The notes under the pieces are model-generated. The model did no database searches and was not told the origin of the DNA. It saw only the letters and a program-made list of their open reading frames with translations. A DNA stretch of 64,000 bases, taken from assembly GCA_964503955.1 (NCBI GenBank), contig CAZDCG010000002.1:269047-333046 (forward strand), written 5' to 3'. The stretch's first letter is position 1. Every line of letters begins with the position of its first letter. The position numbers and the translations under genes were made by a program. Shown here piece by piece: positions 17,633 through 26,978 of the stretch. This DNA is from an uncultured Gammaproteobacteria bacterium (GTDB lineage: Bacteria; Patescibacteriota; Patescibacteriia; VMEV01; CAYQCH01).

Positions 17633-18655
17633 TTATAGCGTAATTGCGCCTAAAAACAACTCCTGGGGTGTTTTCGGATGAATAAGGAGGGTGCGCGGAA
17701 CAAGGGTTCTTGGGAACGGGATGGTTTGCCATGACTGCCCCGCATTATCCGACTTATAAAGCACGGCCTGGTTTGCGTAGTAAATGATCGAAGGATTTTG
17801 CGGGTCCATGCCAAGAACGAGCGGAAGGAGTCTGGAATCATCCAGAAGAAGGTTCAATTTTGACCAGTTATTTCCCCCGTTCAACGAGCGGTAGAGACCG
17901 TCGCGCCCCAGTAAAAGCAGTTGGTCAGGATCATTCGCATGCGCGATCAGATCATTGAGCAATACCGTATTGCTGTAGACATAGGTCGAACTTTTTACAG
18001 GCATTTCAAGCGTTTTCCAGTTTCGTCCGTAATCTGAAGAGGAGTGGATCGAAAGCGTCGTCAGCGCGTAGATGATGGTCCCTGTCGGGATGAGCTTGAG
18101 CACAGGATGCTCGAATGTATAGACATTCTGCCAGGTGGTGCCGAAATTATCACTGCGAATGAGCGTTCCATTCGTCAGGGCGGCCATGATTGATCCCTCA
18201 TTGCGGCGGTCAAAAGCAATGTCGGAAATGGATGCGGTTGAAGGATTCGTATAAATCAGTTTCCAGCTCTCTCCCCCGTCGCTGGTTAAGAAAATCTGAT
18301 CATCGCGCGCGGCCACAACAGTCAAGTCATCCATGGATGAGATATCAATTGTTTGCACGCGTCCGGAGGTTGTGACAGGAAACCAGGTTACTCCGCGATC
18401 CTCGGTTTTAAAAATGCCTCGATCCTGCGTAGCGGCGAAAAGCAAGTCCGGATTTTCAAATGACTGTACCAGATCAAGAATATCGCTTGAAGCAAGCGTT
18501 CCGGCGCGGCCCTGAAAAGAAATAAGGCTCCTCTGTTCCCATGTCTGGCCGGCATCGGGTGAATACCAAATTCCTCCGGACGCGGGCGTAAAGCAGCTCA
18601 CTCCCAAGAGAGGCAGCAGCAAAATACTAAGCATTCTTACTCGGGCAACGTTCAT
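17633..18655 (-). CDS. Lipoprotein with BNR/Asp-box beta-propeller (YCF48/sortilin-like)
   Basis: Lipobox-like LLGVSC and repeated Asp-boxes (SPDAGQTW, TEDRGVTW, TSDGGESW, SDNFGTTW, SSDYGRNW, SLNGGNNW, SDNAGQSW). Confidence 0.85.
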   Translation of the reverse strand: MNVARVRMLSILLLPLLGVSCFTPASGGIWYSPDAGQTWEQRSLISFQGRAGTLASSDILDLVQSFENPDLLFAATQDRGIFKTEDRGVTWFPVTTSGRVQTIDISSMDDLTVVAARDDQIFLTSDGGESWKLIYTNPSTASISDIAFDRRNEGSIMAALTNGTLIRSDNFGTTWQNVYTFEHPVLKLIPTGTIIYALTTLSIHSSSDYGRNWKTLEMPVKSSTYVYSNTVLLNDLIAHANDPDQLLLLGRDGLYRSLNGGNNWSKLNLLLDDSRLLPLVLGMDPQNPSIIYYANQAVLYKSDNAGQSWQTIPFPRTLVPRTLLIHPKTPQELFLGAITL

Positions 18656-19515
18656 AGGGAAATAGCAAAATGCTCTAAACGCGCGCGCAGATTCACATGA
18701 AAACCCAGATCGCGGCGGATTTCTTCGAGCAGATCAATGGATTGAACAAGTTTTTGATTCAGCATTATGTTCTTTTGTCCGGCCTGTTCAATCAGCTGAT
18801 CGCGTAAAAATTCTTGCCAATAAATGAGCCTGCGATCCCAGACAATGGATGCCTGCGCATGCGGCGTTTTCTTTTTGAAGTGTTCCGCGATGATATTGAT
18901 GCGATCGCCGGCAGACAGACCTAAAAAATCGCTGAATAGTTGCTTTTCCGTCTCACGCTCCTCATTGTCTGAATCTGCTGCCTGCTGGACAAGTTCAATG
19001 ACCTGGCAGCGGCTGATGATGGTCGGCAATAGTCTGGAAGGCCGGTGGCTTGTCAGAAAGAAAACCGCGGAAGCCGGCGGTTCCTCAAGCGTTTTCAGGA
19101 ATGCATTGGCCGCCCCCACGGACAATTCATGCGCGTCTTCAAGGAGAACAAATTTTTTCGTGCCAAGAGACGGTGAACGGTAGACATCTTTTAACATGTC
19201 GCGCATCTGTTCGATGGAAATAAGATGCTTTTCTTCCTCTCGAACAATGGATATCACATCAGGATGCGTGCCAAGTTCGTGTTGTCTGCATCCAACGCAT
19301 GAACCGCATGGTTTGTTTTGCTGTGTCTTAGAAGATGCAAACAGCGAGGCAGACGGTTGAGGATCGCAAATCCATGATCGGACGATTTGCCTGATAAGCG
19401 CCTCTTTCCCTGTTGATCGTGCGCCAAGAAATAAAAAAGCATGAGCGCCGATCCGGCCGGGATCGCGCTGAGTAAAAAGATTGAACAATGCTGAATGAAC
19501 CGATGATTCATTCAT
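18652..19515 (-). CDS. holB: DNA polymerase III subunit delta'
   Basis: HAFLFLG..STGK, PCGSCVGC zinc module, ANAFLKTLEEPP, LLPTIISRC. Confidence 0.9.
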   Translation of the reverse strand: MNESSVHSALFNLFTQRDPGRIGAHAFLFLGARSTGKEALIRQIVRSWICDPQPSASLFASSKTQQNKPCGSCVGCRQHELGTHPDVISIVREEEKHLISIEQMRDMLKDVYRSPSLGTKKFVLLEDAHELSVGAANAFLKTLEEPPASAVFFLTSHRPSRLLPTIISRCQVIELVQQAADSDNEERETEKQLFSDFLGLSAGDRINIIAEHFKKKTPHAQASIVWDRRLIYWQEFLRDQLIEQAGQKNIMLNQKLVQSIDLLEEIRRDLGFHVNLRARLEHFAISL

Positions 19516-19517
19516 AG

Positions 19518-20531
19518 TTATTTCGTCGCCAAGACGCTTCTCTTGTACGAATCAAGGTTTTCAAGCGCGATGCCGGTTCCTTTGACCACGCAAAGCAAGG
19601 AATCATCCGCCACATAGGCCGGCACGCCGGTTGCTCGCGTGAACAGCTTGTCGATATTGCGCAAAAGACTGCTTCCTCCAGAAAAAATCATTCCTTTATC
19701 CATGACATCCGCGGAAAGCTCAGGGGGGGTTTTTTGCAAAACGTCCTTGGCGGCCTGGATAATCCCCTCAAGCTGAGGCTGGATTGCTTCCGTAATATCG
19801 TCTGAACTGATACGAATGGTTTTAGGCAGGCCGGTAATCATATCTCTTCCACGGACATCCGTGTAGAGCTTTTCATCAAGATACAAGGCGGAACCGATCT
19901 TTATTTTCACCTGCTCGGCTGTCTGCTCCCCAATCGCCAGGCCGTATTTTTTTCTGATAAATTCAGCAACGGCTTGATCCAGACGATTCCCCCCGATGCG
20001 TACGGAGGTTGAAGCCACAATGCCGCCAAGGGAGATAACCGCGACTTCTGCCGTTCCGCCCCCGATATCAACAATCATATGGCCCGAAGCGCCTCCAATC
20101 GGGATATTGGCTCCGATCGCGGCAGCGACAGGCTCTTTGATGATATAGGCGGCCTTTGCTCCTGCGGCAATAGTGGCATCAATAACCGCGCGCCGTTCCG
20201 TTGACGTAATACCCGCAGGCACGGCCACCATCACCTCAGGCCGGAAAACACGAAGACCTCCAAGAGCCTTATTGATGAAATATCGAAGCATGGCTTCCGT
20301 GGTTTTATAGTCGGCAATCACGCCGTCTTTAAGCGGGCGCGACGCGACAATGGTTTCAGGCGTTCGGCCAAGCATTTCCTTTGCTTCAGCTCCCACGGCC
20401 AGCACTTTCTTATCCAGCGTGGAAATGGCCACTACGGAAGGCTCATTGATAACAATGCCTCGCTTTGGGATATAGACGAGGACATTGGTGGTACCAAGAT
20501 CAATGCCGATTTTTTTGATGAATAGCGACAT
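19518..20531 (-). CDS. mreB: MreB paralog 2 (canonical motifs)
   Basis: IGIDLGTTN, KEPVAAAIGA, DIGGGTAEVAV, IGGNRLD, TPPELSADV, SGGSSLL. ATG at 20531. Confidence 0.95.
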   Translation of the reverse strand: MSLFIKKIGIDLGTTNVLVYIPKRGIVINEPSVVAISTLDKKVLAVGAEAKEMLGRTPETIVASRPLKDGVIADYKTTEAMLRYFINKALGGLRVFRPEVMVAVPAGITSTERRAVIDATIAAGAKAAYIIKEPVAAAIGANIPIGGASGHMIVDIGGGTAEVAVISLGGIVASTSVRIGGNRLDQAVAEFIRKKYGLAIGEQTAEQVKIKIGSALYLDEKLYTDVRGRDMITGLPKTIRISSDDITEAIQPQLEGIIQAAKDVLQKTPPELSADVMDKGMIFSGGSSLLRNIDKLFTRATGVPAYVADDSLLCVVKGTGIALENLDSYKRSVLATK

Positions 20532-20532
20532 A

Positions 20533-22401
20533 TCAGTCCGCAAATCTTATCACATAATCTCTGTCTTGATCGAGTTCGTCAATAATCCGTATACCAGTCT
20601 GATTTTCCGTTGAATAGTCAAGATCTGAAGGCGCAATCGAAATGAGGCGCTTTCCCTGATTTAACGAAATGCGGTACTGATGCGGCTGGGTTCCCGGCTG
20701 TTTTTTCACCGTGAGCGCGTAACGGTGTTCCGTCTTAATCCGATCCTGCAGCCATGGTGGCAGCAGATACGTCAGTTCGGCATAACGCTCCTGCCCAGGC
20801 TCTACGGAAACAAATCCGGCAAAGACGGTTTTATCAAATTCAGCATAAACTTGAGGAGCGACATAGGAGAAAGACTTATCCTGATCCACAAATCCGGTTG
20901 ATTGGATTAATTCGCTTCCTATCGGTACATAGACGCGGACATAGGTACGGTAGCGTGTTGTTCTATAATCAAAGAATCCATTATTTTTGTAGGTCAGACG
21001 CAGCGTTGCTTCGTATTGGCCGTCTTGGCGCTCGCGCACCTGATAGGTTCTTAGACGGTCAACCAAACGGTCGGTTTTTAATGCTCCGATATTCGCATCC
21101 ACGACATAGAGGAAGTCCGTTTCCGATTGCGGAATAGAACCATCCCATTTGTGATCTGTGATGAATGCATTCAAGCCGCTGTCTTTGCTATACAGAAGGA
21201 TTTCACGGCGCGAGAGCGATTGCAAAAAAGCATTGACCACGGCCTGAGCCCCTGCTTCATCAAGATTGAGCACATGATCCTTCAGCACCAAAGAAAGATC
21301 GTTGATGATGGATTTTCGATCCTCCTCGCTGATGCCGATGCGCCAGAACTCCTGTTCAACCCGGTATTGAATCGCGTCAATAAGATTTTCCGGCGTAAAG
21401 GTGATCCCTCCAACAGTCAACGGGCCGGTAATTTCTAATAGTCGCTGGACGATATAAGGCGTTATTGCAATAACCGTATCGATGGAATCATCTCCGGTTG
21501 CCTCCTTATACATGCGTAAAATCTGCTCAGCCGAGCTCGGAAAATCCGGCGACCAGTTCGCATCGCGCAGATACAGCCATTGAACATTCGCGTATCGCTG
21601 AAGAGGCAACGGTGCGGGGATCGTTTCTTTTCCAAGCAATTGGCCATCGACACGGTAAACATCATCGGTGTAGAAGGTGGTAATCTGTCCTTTATCAAAG
21701 CTGATTCGGCCAATGGTTCCAATAAAACCGCCCGTAGGCCGCAGTTCATGCGGATTCTGCAGAAGAACAAGAATATCATGAGGCTGGCCGCTTCCCAGGA
21801 CAAACGGAATCTGTTCAAGATAAGGCTTTATCGCCAGGAATTGATCAGCAAGCTGTTGCAGGCGTGATATAAGTTCGATCAAATCCGATTGAAGGTGTTC
21901 CGGAGCAAGCTGGAGATGAAGGTTTTCAGCCTGTGAAGTGGCATTGACAAGATGGTCTCCAGCCGCAAGCACATCATCATACACATCAAGCAAAAGAGCC
22001 GGAGCGCTGCGAAAATCAAGCGTGTCAAACGAAATCGTGCGAGATAGATTATTTTTCGACAATTCAAAAACCACGGTATTGATTGAGGCAGCAAGAGTTG
22101 TCCCCGCCTTAAGACCTTCTCTATACACCCCGTAATCTGCCCGTACCACCGGTATACCCGCCATCCAGAACGATGGTTTGCGCAGGCGCTCTGCCCGGTC
22201 AAGGGAAGCTTGCAGATCGGCTAAATCCCGCAAGGCGCCGTTGATATCTGACGAGGATAAATCCGCGACAACAGATTCCGCGAGATGCTTGGCTTGAATC
22301 GCGGTGCGGAAACTGAGCGCGAGCAGAACCAAGCTGGCAGTAAGATAAACCGCCAGGATCATAATTGCTGCCATCAATAATGATTTCTTCGCAGATGTCA
22401 T
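20533..22401 (-). CDS. DUF4012-like membrane-anchored envelope protein
   Basis: N-terminal TM helix, LLQNPHELRPTGGFIG, RDANWSPDFP, DANIGALKTD, YVRVYVP and KQPG match my recollection of DUF4012 proteins. Confidence 0.8.
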   Translation of the reverse strand: MTSAKKSLLMAAIMILAVYLTASLVLLALSFRTAIQAKHLAESVVADLSSSDINGALRDLADLQASLDRAERLRKPSFWMAGIPVVRADYGVYREGLKAGTTLAASINTVVFELSKNNLSRTISFDTLDFRSAPALLLDVYDDVLAAGDHLVNATSQAENLHLQLAPEHLQSDLIELISRLQQLADQFLAIKPYLEQIPFVLGSGQPHDILVLLQNPHELRPTGGFIGTIGRISFDKGQITTFYTDDVYRVDGQLLGKETIPAPLPLQRYANVQWLYLRDANWSPDFPSSAEQILRMYKEATGDDSIDTVIAITPYIVQRLLEITGPLTVGGITFTPENLIDAIQYRVEQEFWRIGISEEDRKSIINDLSLVLKDHVLNLDEAGAQAVVNAFLQSLSRREILLYSKDSGLNAFITDHKWDGSIPQSETDFLYVVDANIGALKTDRLVDRLRTYQVRERQDGQYEATLRLTYKNNGFFDYRTTRYRTYVRVYVPIGSELIQSTGFVDQDKSFSYVAPQVYAEFDKTVFAGFVSVEPGQERYAELTYLLPPWLQDRIKTEHRYALTVKKQPGTQPHQYRISLNQGKRLISIAPSDLDYSTENQTGIRIIDELDQDRDYVIRFAD

Positions 22402-23216
22402 GACTGTTGCGCTTTAACCGCTCGCCTGTATTTCAGGAGATAACGGAACCAATCTTTGATATGAATGCGGGTCGCTTTCTGTGTGAGGCTCTTCATGCCG
22501 GACTTATGAGCCGATTCTCTATTATAGTAGTGAATTGCGCGCGCGTCAGCATAGTAAAAGACCTGCCAGCCATGCTCCCAGCAGCGGCGGCACCAATCGA
22601 CATCGGTGAAGTACAGAAAAAACCGTTCATCAAGCAGCCCGATTTTATCAAGCGTTTCTCTACGCGCGACAAGACAGGAGCCTTGCACCCAATCGACGGG
22701 GCGGCTTGTTTCGCGGTTCCAATCCTCCATGAGGAAATGCGATACATGAGAACGCACAAAGGAAAGGACATTGAGCAGCTGGCTGCGTTGGTACAAGGGA
22801 GTCAAAAGTGAATGAAAACGCCATGCTCCCGCCTGGATCGTGCCGTTTGGATAACGCAGCTGAACCGTGCTCATGCCAATCTCCGGTTTTTGATCAAGAA
22901 ATGAGATCCATTGATCAAAGATCGGTTCAAGAAAGACCACATCGGGATTCAAGATCATAACGTATCTCCCCCGCGCTTCCCGCAACCCCGCATTGTTTCC
23001 TGCGGCATGTCCCAGATTCGCGCCTGTTTGAATAAAACGCACCTGCGGAAAGTGAGACGTGACGATTTCCTCGCACCGGTCCTGCGATCCGTTATCCACG
23101 ACAATAACCTCGATGTTAAGGTTTGTTTGATGATCAAAAATACTCTTAAGGCAGTTTTTCACCAGCCCGTCCATTTTGTAACTGAGGATGACAATGGAGA
23201 GATCCGGTCTAGACAT
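22398..23216 (-). CDS. GT2 glycosyltransferase (WbbL/rhamnosyltransferase-like)
   Basis: VIVVDNGS, NLGHAAGNN, LNPD, DWVQGSC, DERFFLYFTDVDWC. Confidence 0.92.
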   Translation of the reverse strand: MSRPDLSIVILSYKMDGLVKNCLKSIFDHQTNLNIEVIVVDNGSQDRCEEIVTSHFPQVRFIQTGANLGHAAGNNAGLREARGRYVMILNPDVVFLEPIFDQWISFLDQKPEIGMSTVQLRYPNGTIQAGAWRFHSLLTPLYQRSQLLNVLSFVRSHVSHFLMEDWNRETSRPVDWVQGSCLVARRETLDKIGLLDERFFLYFTDVDWCRRCWEHGWQVFYYADARAIHYYNRESAHKSGMKSLTQKATRIHIKDWFRYLLKYRRAVKAQQS

Positions 23217-24141
23217 ATCGGCGTTTGATCATGACAGGCAATGCTTTCAGCGTTTGCGGCAGAATGGATAATGTATCGCGTTCGAACAGAGCGAGGTAAA
23301 AGAGTTTTATCAATTCATATGGAAAGACGAGCGGTAGTGCGACCAGCGGCACCTGTTTGAAAAGAAAGAAGAGATGATTACGATACGAATTTAATGAAAT
23401 ATACTGCGCCCGTTGCTTGCGATGCGCACGCATGGTCGCGAGGTTCGCTTCCGCACGGCCTGTTCTGCGATGATAGGCAATCGCTCCAGCTTCAAACCAG
23501 GCTGAATACCCGCGTGATTGAAGTCTTCCGGCTAAATCAACGTCTTCTTTGTACATGAAAAAATGCTCGTCAAAATATTCCGGATACGATCGGTCTGTTC
23601 TTGGATGGGCGATGTTCTCAAGCGCTGCTTTTTTATAGAGGGCGCAAGCGCCGCTAATCCCCCAAACGGGGCCGGAATGCAGATTGCATTCAGACAGCGG
23701 CTTGCCGGCATATTGGTCGATGACTTTGTAGTACGGAAGCTTTATCATGCCGGCTGAATCGATTTCAGGATTTTCGTTTTTTGAGCGAAGCAGCAATGGG
23801 CCAATAGAGGCAACTGAACCGTCCGCTGTACGCGACATGAGTTTTTCAAGCATATCCGCTTCAAGCACGGCATCTTGATTCAGCACCAGCACCCAAGATG
23901 ATTTTGCTGCGTGAATAGCTTTATTGTGCGCTCGGCCAAACCCTTCATTGCCGGTATTTTTGATAAGAGAAACGGACGGAAATCCTTCCTCAATTATGGC
24001 AATGGTATGATCGGCCGACGCATTGTCAACGATGATAATTTCATCCGGTTGCCGTGTTTGCGCGTACAATGAATCAAGACATGGCTTGATATCATGCTCG
24101 GCATTATAGGTGACGATGGTGACAGCAACAGTCGGCTTCAT
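23209..24141 (-). CDS. GT2 glycosyltransferase
   Basis: VTYNA, IIVDNASAD, GFGRAHN, LNQD, FDEHFFMYKEDVDL. Start set at ATG 24141. Confidence 0.92.
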   Translation of the reverse strand: MKPTVAVTIVTYNAEHDIKPCLDSLYAQTRQPDEIIIVDNASADHTIAIIEEGFPSVSLIKNTGNEGFGRAHNKAIHAAKSSWVLVLNQDAVLEADMLEKLMSRTADGSVASIGPLLLRSKNENPEIDSAGMIKLPYYKVIDQYAGKPLSECNLHSGPVWGISGACALYKKAALENIAHPRTDRSYPEYFDEHFFMYKEDVDLAGRLQSRGYSAWFEAGAIAYHRRTGRAEANLATMRAHRKQRAQYISLNSYRNHLFFLFKQVPLVALPLVFPYELIKLFYLALFERDTLSILPQTLKALPVMIKRRYV

Positions 24142-24142
24142 A

Positions 24143-25630
24143 TCATTTGCGTACTTTTTCCGTAACCCAAAATCCAAGATAATTCCCCGTCATCAAACGG
24201 GTTTGAGCGGCAGTAGCAGGAAATGCCCCCCAGATAATCAAGGTAATCGGCAGAGCGGCCCATTGGACAATCATCCAAAGATGTTTGATGCGCGAATGAT
24301 GGCTCGGGCGAGGAGGAAGCAGGAGCAGACTGAAAAATCCGCTTACAAAAATACCGACCATGCTCAACCCCAGCAGGTTTTCAAGAATAAAAGGACTTGC
24401 CTGCGCAAGCGCGGTTTGCTGAACCTGGGCTGGAGCCACCCAGAAAGGGAGATATCCAAGAATGGCAAGAACGATAGGTACGGTCGCCCATGAATACATA
24501 CCTTCCGTGAGATTCCAGAGATACTTGATTTTCTTTTGAAACGGAATCCCATGATCCCGCTTAAAGAAGTGCCAGACCATATATGGAAAATGTTCCGTTC
24601 CATAGGCCCATCGCCGCTGCTGCTTGTACAGGTTTTGAAAAGCGCGGGTATAGGTTTTCGCCTGTACCGTATCCATGGAAATCGGTACATACATTGGCGT
24701 TACCGTAAAATCTCCGCTATAGCGTATAAAACACTGCAGGAAAATGCGGGAATCATCGGTGACGATATCACGCTGCCAGAATCCCGCGTCAACCAGGGCT
24801 TGCATGCTCATGGCATGAGAGGAAAAAGTAAAAAGGCGGTCCGGACGGGCAAGATCGGTCATCAGCCAAAAGGTGGTGCCAAAAGCAGCAACACGCGTGA
24901 AAAAAGGCGCATCCCAGATATTATTATTGTACAAAACCACCGGTTGATACGCCGTTCTTGTCGGATTTGGATGCGTGAGAAACTTGTATGCCAGCGCGCT
25001 GAAATACTGTTCATGAACGACTGTGTCAACGTCGAAATACGAGACAATGACCTTGTCATAAGCAATGCCGCGCTCGTCCAGCAAATCCTTGGCGATATGC
25101 CCGGCCCAATGCGCATTTGCCCCCTTCCCTTTCATTTCTCCGGCAATGCCGTCGGGATGCTCCGTGATCTCAATATGCAAAAAGTCGTTCTTGTACTTCT
25201 CGTAAATGCGCCGCGGAACATCTTTTGTTTCCTGCGAAGCGCGTTCCTCTTTGCTGATCACAATGATCATTTTTGACTTGTCGTACTTTGCGCTTTTATA
25301 GGATTGAATGGATGAATCAAGCACTTCAAACGGCTCCTCATATGTTGGCAGAATGATCAGGTGGTATAACTCGTCCGCTCCTGCCATTTGAGGAACGATC
25401 TTGCTCCAGTCTTGCGCGGAATCCTGGCGATAGCGTCTCCAGCCAACGAAAATAAAGAGGACGAAGTACAAAACACGCAGGAGCCAGAGCAGCGCAAAGA
25501 CAAGGATAAATGAAATAACCCAAAGCGGCTTGATAAAACTAAGCACGATTGTGCCAAGAAACGTGCTCCAGATAAGCATTCCAGGAATCATTTCCAGGAG
25601 TCTATATTGTCGTATCGGATCGATGAGCAT
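24143..25630 (-). CDS. Membrane-embedded, processive-type GT2 glycosyltransferase
   Basis: N- and C-terminal TM helices, KGKGAN, FDVD (DxD), VTDD and QQRRW (D,D,D,QxxRW signature). ATG at 25630. Confidence 0.85.
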   Translation of the reverse strand: MLIDPIRQYRLLEMIPGMLIWSTFLGTIVLSFIKPLWVISFILVFALLWLLRVLYFVLFIFVGWRRYRQDSAQDWSKIVPQMAGADELYHLIILPTYEEPFEVLDSSIQSYKSAKYDKSKMIIVISKEERASQETKDVPRRIYEKYKNDFLHIEITEHPDGIAGEMKGKGANAHWAGHIAKDLLDERGIAYDKVIVSYFDVDTVVHEQYFSALAYKFLTHPNPTRTAYQPVVLYNNNIWDAPFFTRVAAFGTTFWLMTDLARPDRLFTFSSHAMSMQALVDAGFWQRDIVTDDSRIFLQCFIRYSGDFTVTPMYVPISMDTVQAKTYTRAFQNLYKQQRRWAYGTEHFPYMVWHFFKRDHGIPFQKKIKYLWNLTEGMYSWATVPIVLAILGYLPFWVAPAQVQQTALAQASPFILENLLGLSMVGIFVSGFFSLLLLPPRPSHHSRIKHLWMIVQWAALPITLIIWGAFPATAAQTRLMTGNYLGFWVTEKVRK

Positions 25631-25631
25631 G

Positions 25632-26045
25632 TTAAAACCCGCTAGAAAGCTGATAAAGCCCCGCGATGACAAGCGTGACGAGGGTAATGAACTGGCACAG
25701 AAGCGTGACGAGAATAATGAGCAGTCTGCGCTTCCTTGCCAGCAAAATGGGCAGAAAGATGCCCATTAAGAAGGTGGAAATGAGAGATAAAGGGATTCCA
25801 ACGCGCCAGAGCGACGTTTCAAATTGCAGAAGGCCCTGGTTATACGGCGATCCAAAGATCTTATTGATCAAATAGACAATCAGAAAACCTGCAAGAACTG
25901 AGAGGACATAACTGAAAACAACCGGCCAAAATACGGGAGATTTGACTGGCTGTACGCGTCTGGCGGTGTCTACGACACGCTCAACGACGGGAGGTTGTTC
26001 TATTGCGGGTAAATCAAGCTGAGGTTGTTCCTGTGTTCTCATCAT
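25632..26045 (-). CDS. Hypothetical membrane protein with three TM helices
   Basis: Three hydrophobic segments. First gene after a good promoter, ending 1 bp before the GT2 start. Confidence 0.75.
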   Translation of the reverse strand: MMRTQEQPQLDLPAIEQPPVVERVVDTARRVQPVKSPVFWPVVFSYVLSVLAGFLIVYLINKIFGSPYNQGLLQFETSLWRVGIPLSLISTFLMGIFLPILLARKRRLLIILVTLLCQFITLVTLVIAGLYQLSSGF

Positions 26046-26075
26046 AGAATCAGCCTTATTTGGGCCGATGACCAA

Positions 26076-26104
26076 AGAATACCATAGCGGAGACATTAAA
26101 TCAA
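26076..26104 (-). promoter_or_regulatory. Sigma70-type promoter for the GT2/DUF4012 operon
   Basis: The minus strand reads TTGATT, 17 bp ending in TGn, TATTCT. Confidence 0.55.
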
Positions 26105-26156
26105 GCCAGATTTATTAGTCTTTTGTCAAATAGTATTTGGCTCGCTGATTGAATAA

Positions 26157-26211
26157 GCCCCCGCCGGGAAGGGGCCGAAATCGGCCATACCTCATCGATT
26201 CCGGCGAGGGC
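26157..26211. other. GC-rich branched stem-loop downstream of the cyclophilin gene
   Basis: GCCCCCGCCGGGA pairs with TTCCGGCGAGGGC and encloses GGCCGA-AA-TCGGCC. Confidence 0.5.
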
Positions 26212-26222
26212 AAGAGTGAGAT

Positions 26223-26870
26223 CTACTCAATGATGATATCAAGAATCTTTATGTCTTCAAGCGGGTGGTCATTCGCATTGGTTTCAACGGCTGAGATGCG
26301 GTCAACAACGTCCATGCCTTCAACGATTTCGCCAAAGACCGCGTGCTTGCCGTCAAGCCATGGAGTTGCTTCCGCGGTAATGATAAAGAACTGGCTGCCA
26401 TTTGTATTTGGCCCGGCATTCGCCATAGAAATCATTCCGCGGACATTTTTGTGTCCGTTGAATTCATCGTCGAATTTGTAGCCTGGATCGCCCATACCAT
26501 GCAAATGCCATTCATCGGGATTGGTTCGGGTATTTGGATCCCCACCCTGAATCATGAAATCCGGGATCACGCGGTGAAAGAGAATGCCGTCGTAAAAATC
26601 TTCATTGGCCAGCTTCACGAAATTCGCCACGGTATTTGGGGTTGCTTCTTCAAAAAGCTGGATGCGGATATCCCCCATATTGGTTTTCATGACGGCGACA
26701 GGTCCTGCTTTGCTGGTTGATTTTACGGTTGTCTCTTCATTCATAGAAGTTGGCGGCGGCGTGACCTGCGATGTCTCACCGGCAGAATCGTAATAATAAG
26801 AATTGGAAGTCTGATTGCATGATGCGCCTGCGAAAACAAGCAGAGCAAGCATTGGGAACAAATATTTCAT
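26223..26870 (-). CDS. Cyclophilin-type peptidyl-prolyl isomerase, lipoprotein
   Basis: Signal peptide ending FAGASC, FHRVIPDFMIQGGDP, SMANAGPNTNGSQFFI, WLDGKHAVFG. Confidence 0.95.
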   Translation of the reverse strand: MKYLFPMLALLVFAGASCNQTSNSYYYDSAGETSQVTPPPTSMNEETTVKSTSKAGPVAVMKTNMGDIRIQLFEEATPNTVANFVKLANEDFYDGILFHRVIPDFMIQGGDPNTRTNPDEWHLHGMGDPGYKFDDEFNGHKNVRGMISMANAGPNTNGSQFFIITAEATPWLDGKHAVFGEIVEGMDVVDRISAVETNANDHPLEDIKILDIIIE

Positions 26871-26875
26871 ACTCT

Positions 26876-26915
26876 GTTAACGGGTTAATGTGTTAGCGGG
26901 TTAACGAGTTGATTC
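26876..26915. repeat. Degenerate 8-bp tandem repeat, 5 units
   Basis: GTTAACGG GTTAATGT GTTAGCGG GTTAACGA GTTGATTC, directly upstream of the cyclophilin start. Confidence 0.65.
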
Positions 26916-26978
26916 TCCTTTCCCGCCGGGACAAAGCCCACGGCGCGCAAGGAATACACTATAACCTACATCTCTAAC

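Noticed and set aside
26150-26215. tRNA or SRP RNA in the GC-rich structured gap
   Set aside because: No cloverleaf or TTCGA arm and no SRP domain IV motif were found on either strand.
26876-26915. CRISPR array
   Set aside because: The units are 8 bp with no spacers, and there are no cas genes. No CRISPR-like repeats were seen elsewhere in the window.
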